In this document: positions 1 to 9,699 of the stretch, in pieces | Layout of the letters: each line of letters begins with the position of its first letter | How positions within the stretch are numbered: the stretch's first letter is position 1 | IMG/VR virus record: IMGVR_UViG_3300032322_001602 | Location: 1-62,043 of that record | Reading direction: 5' to 3' (one strand) | Length of the DNA: 62,043 bases | DNA from: a virus | Taxonomy: Duplodnaviria > Caudoviricetes | Program-made: the position numbers and the translations under genes | The notes under the pieces: model-generated | The model's database searches: none | The model's input: only the letters and a program-made list of their open reading frames with translations | Told to the model about the DNA's origin: nothing

Positions 1-47
1 AGCCCGGTGGACTTGAGAAACTTCGCGCTCAGCTTGGCGGCGGATAA
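1..47 (+). CDS. 3' end of an upstream gene (partial), probably an internal virion/ejection protein
   Basis: Frame 3 reads PGGLEKLRAQLGGG then TAA at 45-47, 5 nt before the ATG at 53. Confidence 0.5.
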   Translation, partial: PGGLEKLRAQLGGG

Positions 48-52
48 CTGCA

Positions 53-3000
53 ATGTCACTTCGCGATCTGGTTTTCGGCCCTGACGCTGGTTCTGGGTCA
101 GTCGGCATCCCGTCAAGCGCTGATCTTGGCCGGACTCGTCGCGCTGCCCTTCCCATGGAAGACCTGCTGCGCCGGCAGGCGGGAGCTGAGAGCGGCAACC
201 GCCACACTGACTCCAGCGGTCAGCTGATCGAGTCCTCAGCCGGCGCACTGGGAGTTTCCCAGTTCATGCCTGCAACTGCTCGTGATCCGGGATTCGGAGT
301 CACGCCCCTGCGCGACCAGAGCGAGGGTGAATACCGCCGCATCCAGCGTGACTACATGAGCGCGCTGCTTAACCGCTACGGCGGCGATCAGGAGAAGGCG
401 CTCGCGGCCTATAACTGGGGGCCGGGGAATGTCGACAAGATCAGCGAGGATATCCACTGGCGTGAACGTCTGCCGACCGAGACCAAGGATTACCTGAGTC
501 GCATCACTGGCGACTATGAGCCCGCAGCACCAACGGCTGCTCCACAGCAGAACAGCCTTCGTGACATGGTCATGGGCGCAACGATGCAGCCTGCAACGCC
601 GGAAGCCGACACCGAGTGGGCGGATCTCCCGAAGGCGATGGCTGTCTCCATTGGCGGCGATGTCGCCAAGGCGGGCGTAGCTCTCGCCGAGAATCTCACT
701 GGGCAGGTTGCTGGGAAAGGCGAGACCCCGCTGGAGCAGGGTGCGACTGATCTGCAGAAGTTCCTCATGCCTGCACGAAAGAACATTCGTGCGTGGCAGG
801 ACTCCGTCATTGGCTCCATGACGCCTGAAGCACTCGACCGTGCTGGCCGGGAAATTTTGACACTCGATCCCCAAAAGACCATCTGGCAGGGGGGACCGAG
901 GGAATTCCTGTCGTCGCTGGGACTGAAGGCTTCGTTCTCGGTTGGTCCTACGATTGGCCCAATGGTTGGTGCGGCCATCGCTAATCGCATCGGGTTGGGG
1001 GCCTCGATGTCGTCGCTGTTCGGCGCGTCGGAAGGTCTCATGTCCGCCGGCCTCACGGCGGCGCAGATCGCCGAGGATATCGACAGCACGCCGACGTCAG
1101 ACCTGATGCAGGTCGCCGCTTTCAAGAAGCTTGCTGACACGTATGGGGAAGATGAAGCCCGTCGCCGCTTCATCAACGACACGCAGAAGATGATCCCGGC
1201 CATCACCGGACTCATGACGGGCGCAATTGCCAAGGCAGTAGGCGTGCCGCTCGACCGGATCTTCGGTGGTGCTGGCGGCACGCTGCTGCAGCGCGTCAGG
1301 ATTGGCGCTGGAGTCGAGGCTGCACAAGAAGTTCCTCAGTCGTTTCAGGAACAGGTGATGCAGAACTACGCCCAGCAGGCGTATGACTCCAACGTCAACC
1401 TGCTGGACGGGGCCTTTGAGCAGGCGGTTCAGGGTGGCTTGCTGGGCGGCCTCATGGGTGGCACCTTTGCCGGCGCGTTCGGGGCGCGGCCCAAGCAGGC
1501 CATCAGCCATGACCCAGTTCCGAGCGACATGCAGGCAGCTATCGGGGCGATCCCCACGACGGCTGCAGCGCCTGCTGCTGGCCCGCCTCCACCTCCGGCA
1601 GGCCCGGGACCGGGAGCCCCGCCAGCGGCTCCGTGGACGCCACCGGAGGCCCCCACGCCCTTCACCCCGGGACCCAACGTGCCACCGCCTGCAGGCGAGT
1701 ATGCGATCCCGCCGGAGCCGGGCAGCCTGTTCACAGGCACGCCTGTGCAGCCGTGGGAGCCCAATGCGCCGCCCGCCGCCGAGCCTGTGCCTGTGCTGCC
1801 GGAATACGCTCCAGACGATCCTCGGGCAATCCGGGAGTATGGTGGGGTGCAGCCCAGCGGTCGCTGGGAGTTCGACCGCGAGGACAAGCTGCCGGGACTG
1901 GGCCGGGTCATCGACCAGCCGTTCGCAGCCCTGCCCAGCCCAAGGCGGGAGAAGCCCGGGCTGTCACTGGCCGAGGGGCCGATCGAGCCCGCTGTCGCCT
2001 CTGCTGTGCCGGCACCCGAAGCGCCGCCCGGCATGGAGACGGTGATGACTCCTCGCGAGGTCAACCAGACTCGCGAGCCCAAGTTCGGCCAGCAGACCCG
2101 TACCGAGCTGCAGGGCTACCGGGTGCGCCGCCGCAACCGGAACGGCGACATCGTTTCCAGCACGCTTGTACAAAGCAGCGAGGGTGCGCGCCGGTTGCAG
2201 AGTCATCTGGTAAACCAGATCAACGCCGAGAAGTCGGACGACTTCGTCGAGGCGTACCCGGCGCGGCGCACGTTCCTCAACGACCGGGCTCCCACTGCCG
2301 AGCCCGTCGGCGACATTCTGGCCCAGACCGAAGACCTGAAGACGTCCGACCGCAAGGCCGTCTACCTGACCCGCGAGACCATCGAGAACCTCAAGGGCGC
2401 TGGTCGGCTCGACGAGGTTCTCCGCGCTGGCGTGCCGATCAACAACTTCGACACCTACGGCGGAGTTCTGGTAGCGAAGGACGAACAGATCGCTCGCGAG
2501 CTGGTCGGCATGCTCGAACATGAAGCCGGCAACATCGACGAGATTCTTGGATACGCTACCGGCGCGGGAGTGTCCAAGCCGTACGGGTCCAACACTGCTG
2601 TGCAGAAACTGGACGAGCATGGAAATGTGATCCGTGAGCGGCTGGTGAAGCCCGAGGAGACACAGGCGACGTTGAAGGAATTCGGCCCGGGCTCCATCGT
2701 CACCACGCTTAAGGAAGCAATGGCGCGGCGCGCACGCCGGGTTGCTCGTGATCGACTCGATCGCAAGATGCGCGCCGAGACTGCGCAGTTCGCCAAGACC
2801 GAACCGACTGCGGTCGAGGAAGCGTTCAACCTGACTGGCCAGACCGCACCGTCTGCGGAAGACGCTCGCGCTCTGGCTGAGCAGGGCGGCTACCCCGCCG
2901 ACATCGGGGGCCGGCTGATCGACTACGCCACCGACGTGCGGCAGGAAGAACTGCAGCGCCGCAAGGTCGACAAGCGTCTGCCCGCACCTCGTGACGTCAC

Positions 3001-6000
3001 CTTCCGTGGTCGCGATGTCGTCGAGAAGCTGAAGGAAGCTGAAGCCAAGGAGCGTGAGGCGAAGGAGCTTGCCAGCAAGTATCCGGCCAAGAGGCCGCTG
3101 AGGAATCCCGAGCGTGCGCTCTACGTCAAGCAGGTGGCTGCGCTCGACGAAGCCATCGCTGGGCTGGAAAAGGAAGTCAAGACGCTGCGCAGGTCTGTCT
3201 GGAGCGGCTCCAAGGTTCGTGAGGACATCGCTGAGTCGTACAAGCAGCTGTACTCCGATCTCACGACCGCCGCTCTGCGCGTGGCCGAGATCAAGGTCAA
3301 GGGCGACGAAGCGACGATTGCTGAACTCGACTCTGCGGAAGGTGAGTACGACCGGCTCCTGAAGCAGGCACAGGACCTGCTCGCTGTCGAAGGCGCGTTC
3401 ACCCGCTCCGAAGCGCTCGTGGAAGCTGCGACTCGCTACTCGCCTGCTGCCAAGCACGAGACCCGGCGCGCACTGGCCCGCGCACGCGACAAGGCAACTG
3501 AAGCAAAGATCGTCCGCGAAGATGAAGCGGCGCGTGGAAGCGGCAAGCCGTTCCCCGACGTCCCCAGCATCAACAAGGTACGCATGGCGGAAGCGGTTTC
3601 GCTGCCTGCCACTGCCAAGAAGCTGAGGCGGCTGCGTCGGTACAAGCGCTCTGAGCGCACCGATGCAATGGCGAACACGCTGCTGCGTTACATCGCGCCC
3701 GTGGACTTCCGTGGTGGCAAGCTGGTAACAGTGCAGGCTGTCCACAAGGACGGCGTGACGACGTACGTCGCAGCGCCGCTGACGGAGCAGACTCCCGCCG
3801 CTGCCAATGCGATCGTCCAGATCAACCAGCTGCTGCGCCAGTGGCTGTCCGACTACCGTGCGGCGGTCCTGAAGCAGACGCGACTCGACAAGGAAGGCAA
3901 CAAGGCGGATCGCAACTGGGCGCTGTCCGCGCATTCGGCGTTGCTGTCCGAAGCGCTTGGCAACATCCGCAGCACGCACGAGCCTGTTCTGCAGTCGTGG
4001 GCTGCGTCTGCCTATGTGGCCGACCGGATCACCGATCTCGTCGTTCATGGCAAGCGGTGGGGCGTCGCCAAGGAGATGAACATCGATGGCTTCTGGGCAG
4101 CGGTCGAGGCTGGCCCGGAGCAGTTTCGCGACTACCTCAGCAGCGCTATCACCGTGCGCAAGGACGCTCCCTTCCCGGTGATCATGACGCGGGAAGACCT
4201 GACTGCGCTGTCGGATGCGGATGTCAACTCACTGTACGTGACGTCGCTCGCATTTCAGGCGGACATGCTCACCGATCCCGTAGTTCAGACGCGGCGTCTC
4301 CCGAGGTCTGGCAAGGTTACGGCCATCCTGCGGGCAATGGGCAGACAGGAAGCGCAGCGGTTCGGCGGACGCTCCAAGAGCGCTGCCATGACCCGCGCTA
4401 CCGAGTCGCTCTCGGATATCAGCGACGAGGAAGACGCTCGCACTGGGGACTACCGTCGCGCCTCGAAGACGTACGATACCAGCGTGCTGACGGCCAGCAG
4501 CCGCCCGCGTGACATGACGACCGAGGCTGCCAAGAAGCACGAAGCGGATCGCCTGCATGCCGTCAATCGGCTGGAGCAGTCGGTTGCTGAGATGGACTGG
4601 TTCATGGAGAACTTCATCAGCAACCCCGCATGGCAGCCGGAGGTTCCTGATTCTGACTACGTCTATGGTCGCGCTTTCGCCCGCTGGATGCAGGACTACG
4701 CGAAGGCGCTCTTGGAAGCTTCCAAGCGTGGCCAGCTGTACAGCCGGGAGGGTATCTCCCAGATGGCGCTGGTGTCCGACGACATCGACGGGGTGGTTGC
4801 GCTCAATCCTGAAAACTTCGCCACTCACATGTCGAAGCTGTTCAAGGCCGAGTCGCGTGAGCAGCTGCTTCGCGCCACTGCGCTTGACCCGCTGAAGCTG
4901 CAGAGCCTGCGCAATCCCAAGATTCGCCGGCAGCTGACCCGGAGCCAGCACAACACGATTCTCAAGGACATCCTGCAGGCCCGCCGCATGGACCTGCTGT
5001 GGTCGCGCAATCCTGACTATCGCAAGGTGATCAGGCCGGTCCTGCACAAGATCGCTGATGCAATGACTCGGCCCGGAAGGCCCAGCGGCGAACTTGAGTG
5101 GCCCAGCTATGCGCCATCGGCCAAGAAGGTCGAGCAGGTTACGGCCATCCTGAACAAGTGGCGTGAGCGTGAGCGGCTGCACATACATGAAGGGCTGGAA
5201 GAGTACTTCAAGCGGTACCCCGGGCGGCGTGGCAATGCGGCGCAAGTCCAGACCCGTGAGTTCGTTGAGCCCATCACCGAGATCCTCACCAATGCAGGCT
5301 TCTGGGATCGCGATATAGCGCTGGAGAAGCAGTTCAAGCAGAAGTTCGGCAAGGAAGGCGTAGAAGATGTGGGCGTCTCTGTCGAGCGCAGCTGGACCAA
5401 GCAGAACGCTGAAGGGGTTGAGGATGAATGGCGCGGCGAAGGTCCGAGATGGGAGCGCGGCGCGATGCCGGCGACCAAGGCGACGGAGCAGGAGATCAAG
5501 GCGGCCATCCAGCTGCGCCAGCTGATCAAGGCGGCTGAGCCACCGACTGCGCACGAAGTTCTCAACGCCATCCGGACTACGCTTGGGCCGAATCACTTCT
5601 ACACTCCTGCGGTGGAGCTGCTGCTGTCCAAGCCGTACGTGCGGCAGCTTCGCATTCTGCGCTCCAAGAAGCTCGCTTCTACTGCCGAGTTCACTTCGGA
5701 GCAGACTGATTTCCTGCGCAGTGGCGAGGTTACGACTCCTGCCGCAGTGCGGATCAATGAAGCGGACCTGCACGACATCTCGCACACCGAGCTGATCCAC
5801 ACCGTAGTCCATGAGTTGTTCCATGGCGCGACGATGGGCGAACTGACCGAGGGCAACCGCGATATCGCTGATGCGTGGGACGCCCTGCGTGAGGCGACCT
5901 ACGATGCGCTGAAGGATGCTCCTGACTTCGCGTCGTATGCCTATGGCCTGACGAACCTCTACGAGTTCGTGTCCGAGTCGCAAACCAACGAAAAGCTGCA

Positions 6001-9000
6001 GGCGGCGATGAAGCGCACGCCTGTGTCGAACACGCCGATGACACTGTGGTCGAAGCTCATCCGGCTGGTCATGCGCATCTTCAAAGCTCCGCCGATGTAC
6101 TACAACCTGTTCGACGTGGCGCTCTCGCTGCGCCCGTTGACGGTTACGGGACGGCCATTCACCGAGGAAGGCTTTGCCAAGTACAAGGGCGATCGTCGTG
6201 GCGGCCCGCCGCGTGGCGCTACTGGCGTTCCCTACTTCAAGGACGCAGCGCTGCAAAAGTATGGAGCGCCGCTCGTCAACAATGCCCTGATGCAGAACAG
6301 GTTCGTAGACGAGGCAGTGAAGCGGGCGCGGGATGTCTCCAGCACGGCTGGCATCAAGGGCACCGGGTTCCTGCTGTCCGCGCTGTCGATGCGGCAGATC
6401 AAGGATTTCTACGCAGGCGCTTTCCAGACGAAGGCAGGTCCAGCTATCGGGCCGCTGGGCAGCTACATGGACGCCTTCTTCGCCCGCAACTCCGACAGTT
6501 CGCAGGCGATGGAAAAGGCGGACGTGTTGTCGCGGCAGTGGTCGAAGCTGGAAGAGACTGGCAAGGGGGCTGAAGCTCTCACCTTGTCAAAGATGATGCG
6601 CGACGCCACCATGCTGGCGATTCATCCCGACGCTGCGTTCACACCCGGAGTGGAGAACACGCCCAACGGCCACCTTACCGAGGCGCAACGTGGCGACTGG
6701 GAAGAGCTGCACACCGAGTGGAATCAGCTCAGCCAGCAGGCGAAGGACCTGTACAACGGAGTGCGCAACTACTACCGCGAGACGACTGATCGCGAAGTGC
6801 AGTTGATGGTTCTGAACGCCCTGCGTGCCAGCTCTCTGTGGAAGGGCAACTTCAACCTCACCGAGAACGATATCGACCTCAAGGGTATCGCTGTCGGCGA
6901 TTGGCTGGAACAGAAGTTGGATCTCAACACCAAGGCTGACAAGGCCCGAATCAAGGCGCTCGAAGACAAGTACGATGCGCAGGTGGCCAGCGGCAAGTTG
7001 TCCAAGAGCGAAGCGAAGGCGCGTCGGGCCGAGATCCGCAGCGCCAGCGCCGATCTGGAAAGCACTGTCGAGGAGCTGAAGCTTATCGCAAGGATGGCTC
7101 GCATACCGCAGATTCATAAGGGTCCGTACTTTCCGCTCATGCGGTTTGGCGACTATGCAGTGACGGCTCAGCGGATCGTCGAGTCGAAGGTGTTCAGCAC
7201 GCGGGCCGAGCGTTCTGCCTATATGGCGCAGAAGAGCGCTGAAGATCCGACGCTGCAGTTCAACTGGCCCAAGTCAGAAGACGGCACTTATCCGTTGACC
7301 GTCAGCGAGAAGGAGTTCCGGCTCGCCGAGTCGCACAGTGCCGCAGTGGAAGCCCGCAAGGAGCTGGTTGAAATCTACGGAGACAACGCCGTTTCGGCTG
7401 TGCAGTTGAAGCAGGACATGATTTCATCCGGCCCAACCATCGAGGGCAACCGTGCGCTTCAGACCCTGCTTGGCAAGCTGGAAGGAAACGCGGCGGCGCA
7501 GAACGCCATCCGCCAGTTCTACATCAAGTCGCTGTCGGATCGTTCATTCCGCAAGCGTGAGGTGAAGCGCAAGAACATCCGGGGCGTTGACCCGACGCTG
7601 CAGCACCGCACGTTCGCCGCCTATTCCAAGTCTGCTTCCTACTACACTGCCCAGCTTCGCTATGGGCATCTGATGGCGGATGCGAAGGCGGACATGAAGG
7701 AAGTCGTGAAGAGGCATCGCGACGAGACCGACATCTCTGCGGTACGGATGGGGCAGGTCGTCAACGAAATCGAGAAGCGCGACGCGATGATGACCGACAT
7801 CACCGACACGAGTGAGGTGGTGCGCAAGACGGTTGAGGCCGGCCAGTTTATGCTGCTCACCAGTCCGTCATATTGGCTGATCAACGCTTCGCAGCCCTAC
7901 ATGGTTACGCTGCCTTGGCTGGCTGGGCATACAACTGCAGCCAAGGCTGCGTCGGCGCTCGCTCGTGCGCAGAAAATGATCATTAGCCCGCTGACTACAA
8001 AGGCGATAAATTCATGGGGCGGCCTTAAGGCGTTGAAGAGCCGTGTGGCCGCCGAGGAAGCTTTCTCCGTAATAGCGGATGTGGAGAAGTCCATCGTTGA
8101 GAAGCTGGGCGCAGAGAAGGCGCAGCCGATTCTGGACATGCTCACGGAACTCAAGCGCGAGTCGATCATCGACCTCAGCTTTGTGGCGGAGCTGCGGGAC
8201 ATCGCACAGGGCGAAGGCAAGAACTGGTGGGACAAGACCATGGATGCGACGCGCATCATGGCGCACCTCACCGAAGTCAACAACCGCATCATGACTGCCA
8301 TCGCTGCGTACGACATCGCGTTGCAGGGCAACCTGAGCAACAAGGATGCGGTCGACTTCGCCAAGCGGGCAGTTGCCGAGACGCAGTTCGACTACTCCAG
8401 CGGCAACAAGCCCCGCCTGTTCTCCGGCAATGATGCATGGTGGAAGCCGATGGTGTTCCAGTTCATGCAGTACGTGCAGCACATGTACGTGATGTTCTTC
8501 CGGCACGCGAAGATGTGGTGGAGTGGCACGGAACAGCAGAAGCGCATCGGTCGTCGCGTCGTACTGGGCATGCTGGCTACGCATCTCGCGGCGGGTGGGC
8601 TCGTCGGCGTGTCGGCGCAGCCGATCAAGTGGGCGCTGGGACTCGCGATGCTGCTGTTCGGTGCAGGCGACGACGAAGATCGTACGTTCAAGAACTTTGC
8701 TTCTGGCGAGTACTACGACCGGCAGATCGCTGCTGCTGTGTCCGGACTCATGGGAACCAACATCGCGTCCGAAGCTGTGCGCGCAGGTCTGCCACGTCTC
8801 GCGGGTATGGACCTGTCGGCTCGCATGGCCTTCCTGCAGATGTACATGATCGACCTCAACCCGAAGAATGCCGAGACCCTGTTCGGATCGCTGGCGCTCA
8901 GCTTCGGTGGCCCGGCATTTGGGCTCGCTGGTAACGCCTACGAGGGGACCAAGCTGCTGCTCGAAGGCGACACTGACAAGGGGGTCGAGAAGCTTCTTCC

Positions 9001-9445
9001 GAAGATGGGTCGCGATGCCATCAAGGCACTTCGCTATTCGCAGGAAGGCATGGTTGACTACTCCGGCAAGACGATCATGAACGCCGACCAGCTCTCGCCG
9101 TGGGACCTGTTCCTGCAGTCGATGGGCTTCACCCCGGGCACCGTCAGTGAGCGGTATGATCGCAATCGCGAGGCCAAGGATCGCTCGACCTACCTGTCGC
9201 AAACGAAAGCTGACATCATGGCCGCCTACCGCAAGGCCGACTCCACCGGGGAAATCGATTCCGTGATGGAGCGGTGGAGCGAATGGAACCAGAAGAACCC
9301 GAGGGATCGTATCACTCGTTCGGAACTGCTTCGCAGCAAGCAGGCGATGCGGAAATCCGAGCGCAACATCCAGCTCTACGGAGCGGATCTGGGTCGTCGC
9401 AGTCGCGAGCTTGACGAAGCTGGCTCTGCCTACAACGTGGAGTGA
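53..9445 (+). CDS. Giant polyvalent internal virion/ejection protein (3130 aa): N-terminal lytic transglycosylase, Pro-rich linker, zincin-like metallopeptidase, PLxRFG domain
   Basis: SLT motifs AESGNR, GALGVSQFMPATA, ALAAYNWGPGN; HTVVHELFH (HExxH) with downstream EFVSE; YFPLMRFGDY; position after the ejection genes. Confidence 0.85.
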   Translation: MSLRDLVFGPDAGSGSVGIPSSADLGRTRRAALPMEDLLRRQAGAESGNRHTDSSGQLIESSAGALGVSQFMPATARDPGFGVTPLRDQSEGEYRRIQRDYMSALLNRYGGDQEKALAAYNWGPGNVDKISEDIHWRERLPTETKDYLSRITGDYEPAAPTAAPQQNSLRDMVMGATMQPATPEADTEWADLPKAMAVSIGGDVAKAGVALAENLTGQVAGKGETPLEQGATDLQKFLMPARKNIRAWQDSVIGSMTPEALDRAGREILTLDPQKTIWQGGPREFLSSLGLKASFSVGPTIGPMVGAAIANRIGLGASMSSLFGASEGLMSAGLTAAQIAEDIDSTPTSDLMQVAAFKKLADTYGEDEARRRFINDTQKMIPAITGLMTGAIAKAVGVPLDRIFGGAGGTLLQRVRIGAGVEAAQEVPQSFQEQVMQNYAQQAYDSNVNLLDGAFEQAVQGGLLGGLMGGTFAGAFGARPKQAISHDPVPSDMQAAIGAIPTTAAAPAAGPPPPPAGPGPGAPPAAPWTPPEAPTPFTPGPNVPPPAGEYAIPPEPGSLFTGTPVQPWEPNAPPAAEPVPVLPEYAPDDPRAIREYGGVQPSGRWEFDREDKLPGLGRVIDQPFAALPSPRREKPGLSLAEGPIEPAVASAVPAPEAPPGMETVMTPREVNQTREPKFGQQTRTELQGYRVRRRNRNGDIVSSTLVQSSEGARRLQSHLVNQINAEKSDDFVEAYPARRTFLNDRAPTAEPVGDILAQTEDLKTSDRKAVYLTRETIENLKGAGRLDEVLRAGVPINNFDTYGGVLVAKDEQIARELVGMLEHEAGNIDEILGYATGAGVSKPYGSNTAVQKLDEHGNVIRERLVKPEETQATLKEFGPGSIVTTLKEAMARRARRVARDRLDRKMRAETAQFAKTEPTAVEEAFNLTGQTAPSAEDARALAEQGGYPADIGGRLIDYATDVRQEELQRRKVDKRLPAPRDVTFRGRDVVEKLKEAEAKEREAKELASKYPAKRPLRNPERALYVKQVAALDEAIAGLEKEVKTLRRSVWSGSKVREDIAESYKQLYSDLTTAALRVAEIKVKGDEATIAELDSAEGEYDRLLKQAQDLLAVEGAFTRSEALVEAATRYSPAAKHETRRALARARDKATEAKIVREDEAARGSGKPFPDVPSINKVRMAEAVSLPATAKKLRRLRRYKRSERTDAMANTLLRYIAPVDFRGGKLVTVQAVHKDGVTTYVAAPLTEQTPAAANAIVQINQLLRQWLSDYRAAVLKQTRLDKEGNKADRNWALSAHSALLSEALGNIRSTHEPVLQSWAASAYVADRITDLVVHGKRWGVAKEMNIDGFWAAVEAGPEQFRDYLSSAITVRKDAPFPVIMTREDLTALSDADVNSLYVTSLAFQADMLTDPVVQTRRLPRSGKVTAILRAMGRQEAQRFGGRSKSAAMTRATESLSDISDEEDARTGDYRRASKTYDTSVLTASSRPRDMTTEAAKKHEADRLHAVNRLEQSVAEMDWFMENFISNPAWQPEVPDSDYVYGRAFARWMQDYAKALLEASKRGQLYSREGISQMALVSDDIDGVVALNPENFATHMSKLFKAESREQLLRATALDPLKLQSLRNPKIRRQLTRSQHNTILKDILQARRMDLLWSRNPDYRKVIRPVLHKIADAMTRPGRPSGELEWPSYAPSAKKVEQVTAILNKWRERERLHIHEGLEEYFKRYPGRRGNAAQVQTREFVEPITEILTNAGFWDRDIALEKQFKQKFGKEGVEDVGVSVERSWTKQNAEGVEDEWRGEGPRWERGAMPATKATEQEIKAAIQLRQLIKAAEPPTAHEVLNAIRTTLGPNHFYTPAVELLLSKPYVRQLRILRSKKLASTAEFTSEQTDFLRSGEVTTPAAVRINEADLHDISHTELIHTVVHELFHGATMGELTEGNRDIADAWDALREATYDALKDAPDFASYAYGLTNLYEFVSESQTNEKLQAAMKRTPVSNTPMTLWSKLIRLVMRIFKAPPMYYNLFDVALSLRPLTVTGRPFTEEGFAKYKGDRRGGPPRGATGVPYFKDAALQKYGAPLVNNALMQNRFVDEAVKRARDVSSTAGIKGTGFLLSALSMRQIKDFYAGAFQTKAGPAIGPLGSYMDAFFARNSDSSQAMEKADVLSRQWSKLEETGKGAEALTLSKMMRDATMLAIHPDAAFTPGVENTPNGHLTEAQRGDWEELHTEWNQLSQQAKDLYNGVRNYYRETTDREVQLMVLNALRASSLWKGNFNLTENDIDLKGIAVGDWLEQKLDLNTKADKARIKALEDKYDAQVASGKLSKSEAKARRAEIRSASADLESTVEELKLIARMARIPQIHKGPYFPLMRFGDYAVTAQRIVESKVFSTRAERSAYMAQKSAEDPTLQFNWPKSEDGTYPLTVSEKEFRLAESHSAAVEARKELVEIYGDNAVSAVQLKQDMISSGPTIEGNRALQTLLGKLEGNAAAQNAIRQFYIKSLSDRSFRKREVKRKNIRGVDPTLQHRTFAAYSKSASYYTAQLRYGHLMADAKADMKEVVKRHRDETDISAVRMGQVVNEIEKRDAMMTDITDTSEVVRKTVEAGQFMLLTSPSYWLINASQPYMVTLPWLAGHTTAAKAASALARAQKMIISPLTTKAINSWGGLKALKSRVAAEEAFSVIADVEKSIVEKLGAEKAQPILDMLTELKRESIIDLSFVAELRDIAQGEGKNWWDKTMDATRIMAHLTEVNNRIMTAIAAYDIALQGNLSNKDAVDFAKRAVAETQFDYSSGNKPRLFSGNDAWWKPMVFQFMQYVQHMYVMFFRHAKMWWSGTEQQKRIGRRVVLGMLATHLAAGGLVGVSAQPIKWALGLAMLLFGAGDDEDRTFKNFASGEYYDRQIAAAVSGLMGTNIASEAVRAGLPRLAGMDLSARMAFLQMYMIDLNPKNAETLFGSLALSFGGPAFGLAGNAYEGTKLLLEGDTDKGVEKLLPKMGRDAIKALRYSQEGMVDYSGKTIMNADQLSPWDLFLQSMGFTPGTVSERYDRNREAKDRSTYLSQTKADIMAAYRKADSTGEIDSVMERWSEWNQKNPRDRITRSELLRSKQAMRKSERNIQLYGADLGRRSRELDEAGSAYNVE

Positions 9446-9447
9446 CC

Positions 9448-9699
9448 ATGGGACGGGACTACAAGGAAGAATACGCACGCTACCACAGCAAGCCGCTGCA
9501 GAAGAAGCACCGGGCTGAGCGCAACGCTGCGCGGCGTGTCATGACTGAGAAGGGGCTCGTCCGCAAGGGCGACGGCATGGACGTTGATCATCGCCGTCCG
9601 CTCGACAGTGGAGGGACGAACGCCGTCTCTAACTTGCGGGTGGAGACGAAGGCGAAGAACCGGGGGTATGCAAGGGATTCGAGAAATCAGCCCAAGTGA
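9448..9699 (+). CDS. Small HNH endonuclease
   Basis: DVDHRRPLDSGGTNAVSNLRV...KNRG HNH signature; ATG at 9448. Confidence 0.85.
   Translation: MGRDYKEEYARYHSKPLQKKHRAERNAARRVMTEKGLVRKGDGMDVDHRRPLDSGGTNAVSNLRVETKAKNRGYARDSRNQPK

Noticed and set aside
53-9445. Giant protein as a virion RNA polymerase
   Set aside because: Size is similar, but I found neither single-subunit RNAP motifs nor a convincing DxDxD catalytic loop. Not fully excluded without structure prediction.
1964-9478. Long minus-strand ORFs (694, 675 and 488 aa) opposite the giant gene, and similar ones elsewhere
   Set aside because: Antisense shadows expected from GC-rich codon bias; no recognisable motifs.
9448-9699. HNH as a mobile intron or homing element
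   Set aside because: It is free-standing, very short and interrupts no gene; it only overlaps the primase 3' end convergently.
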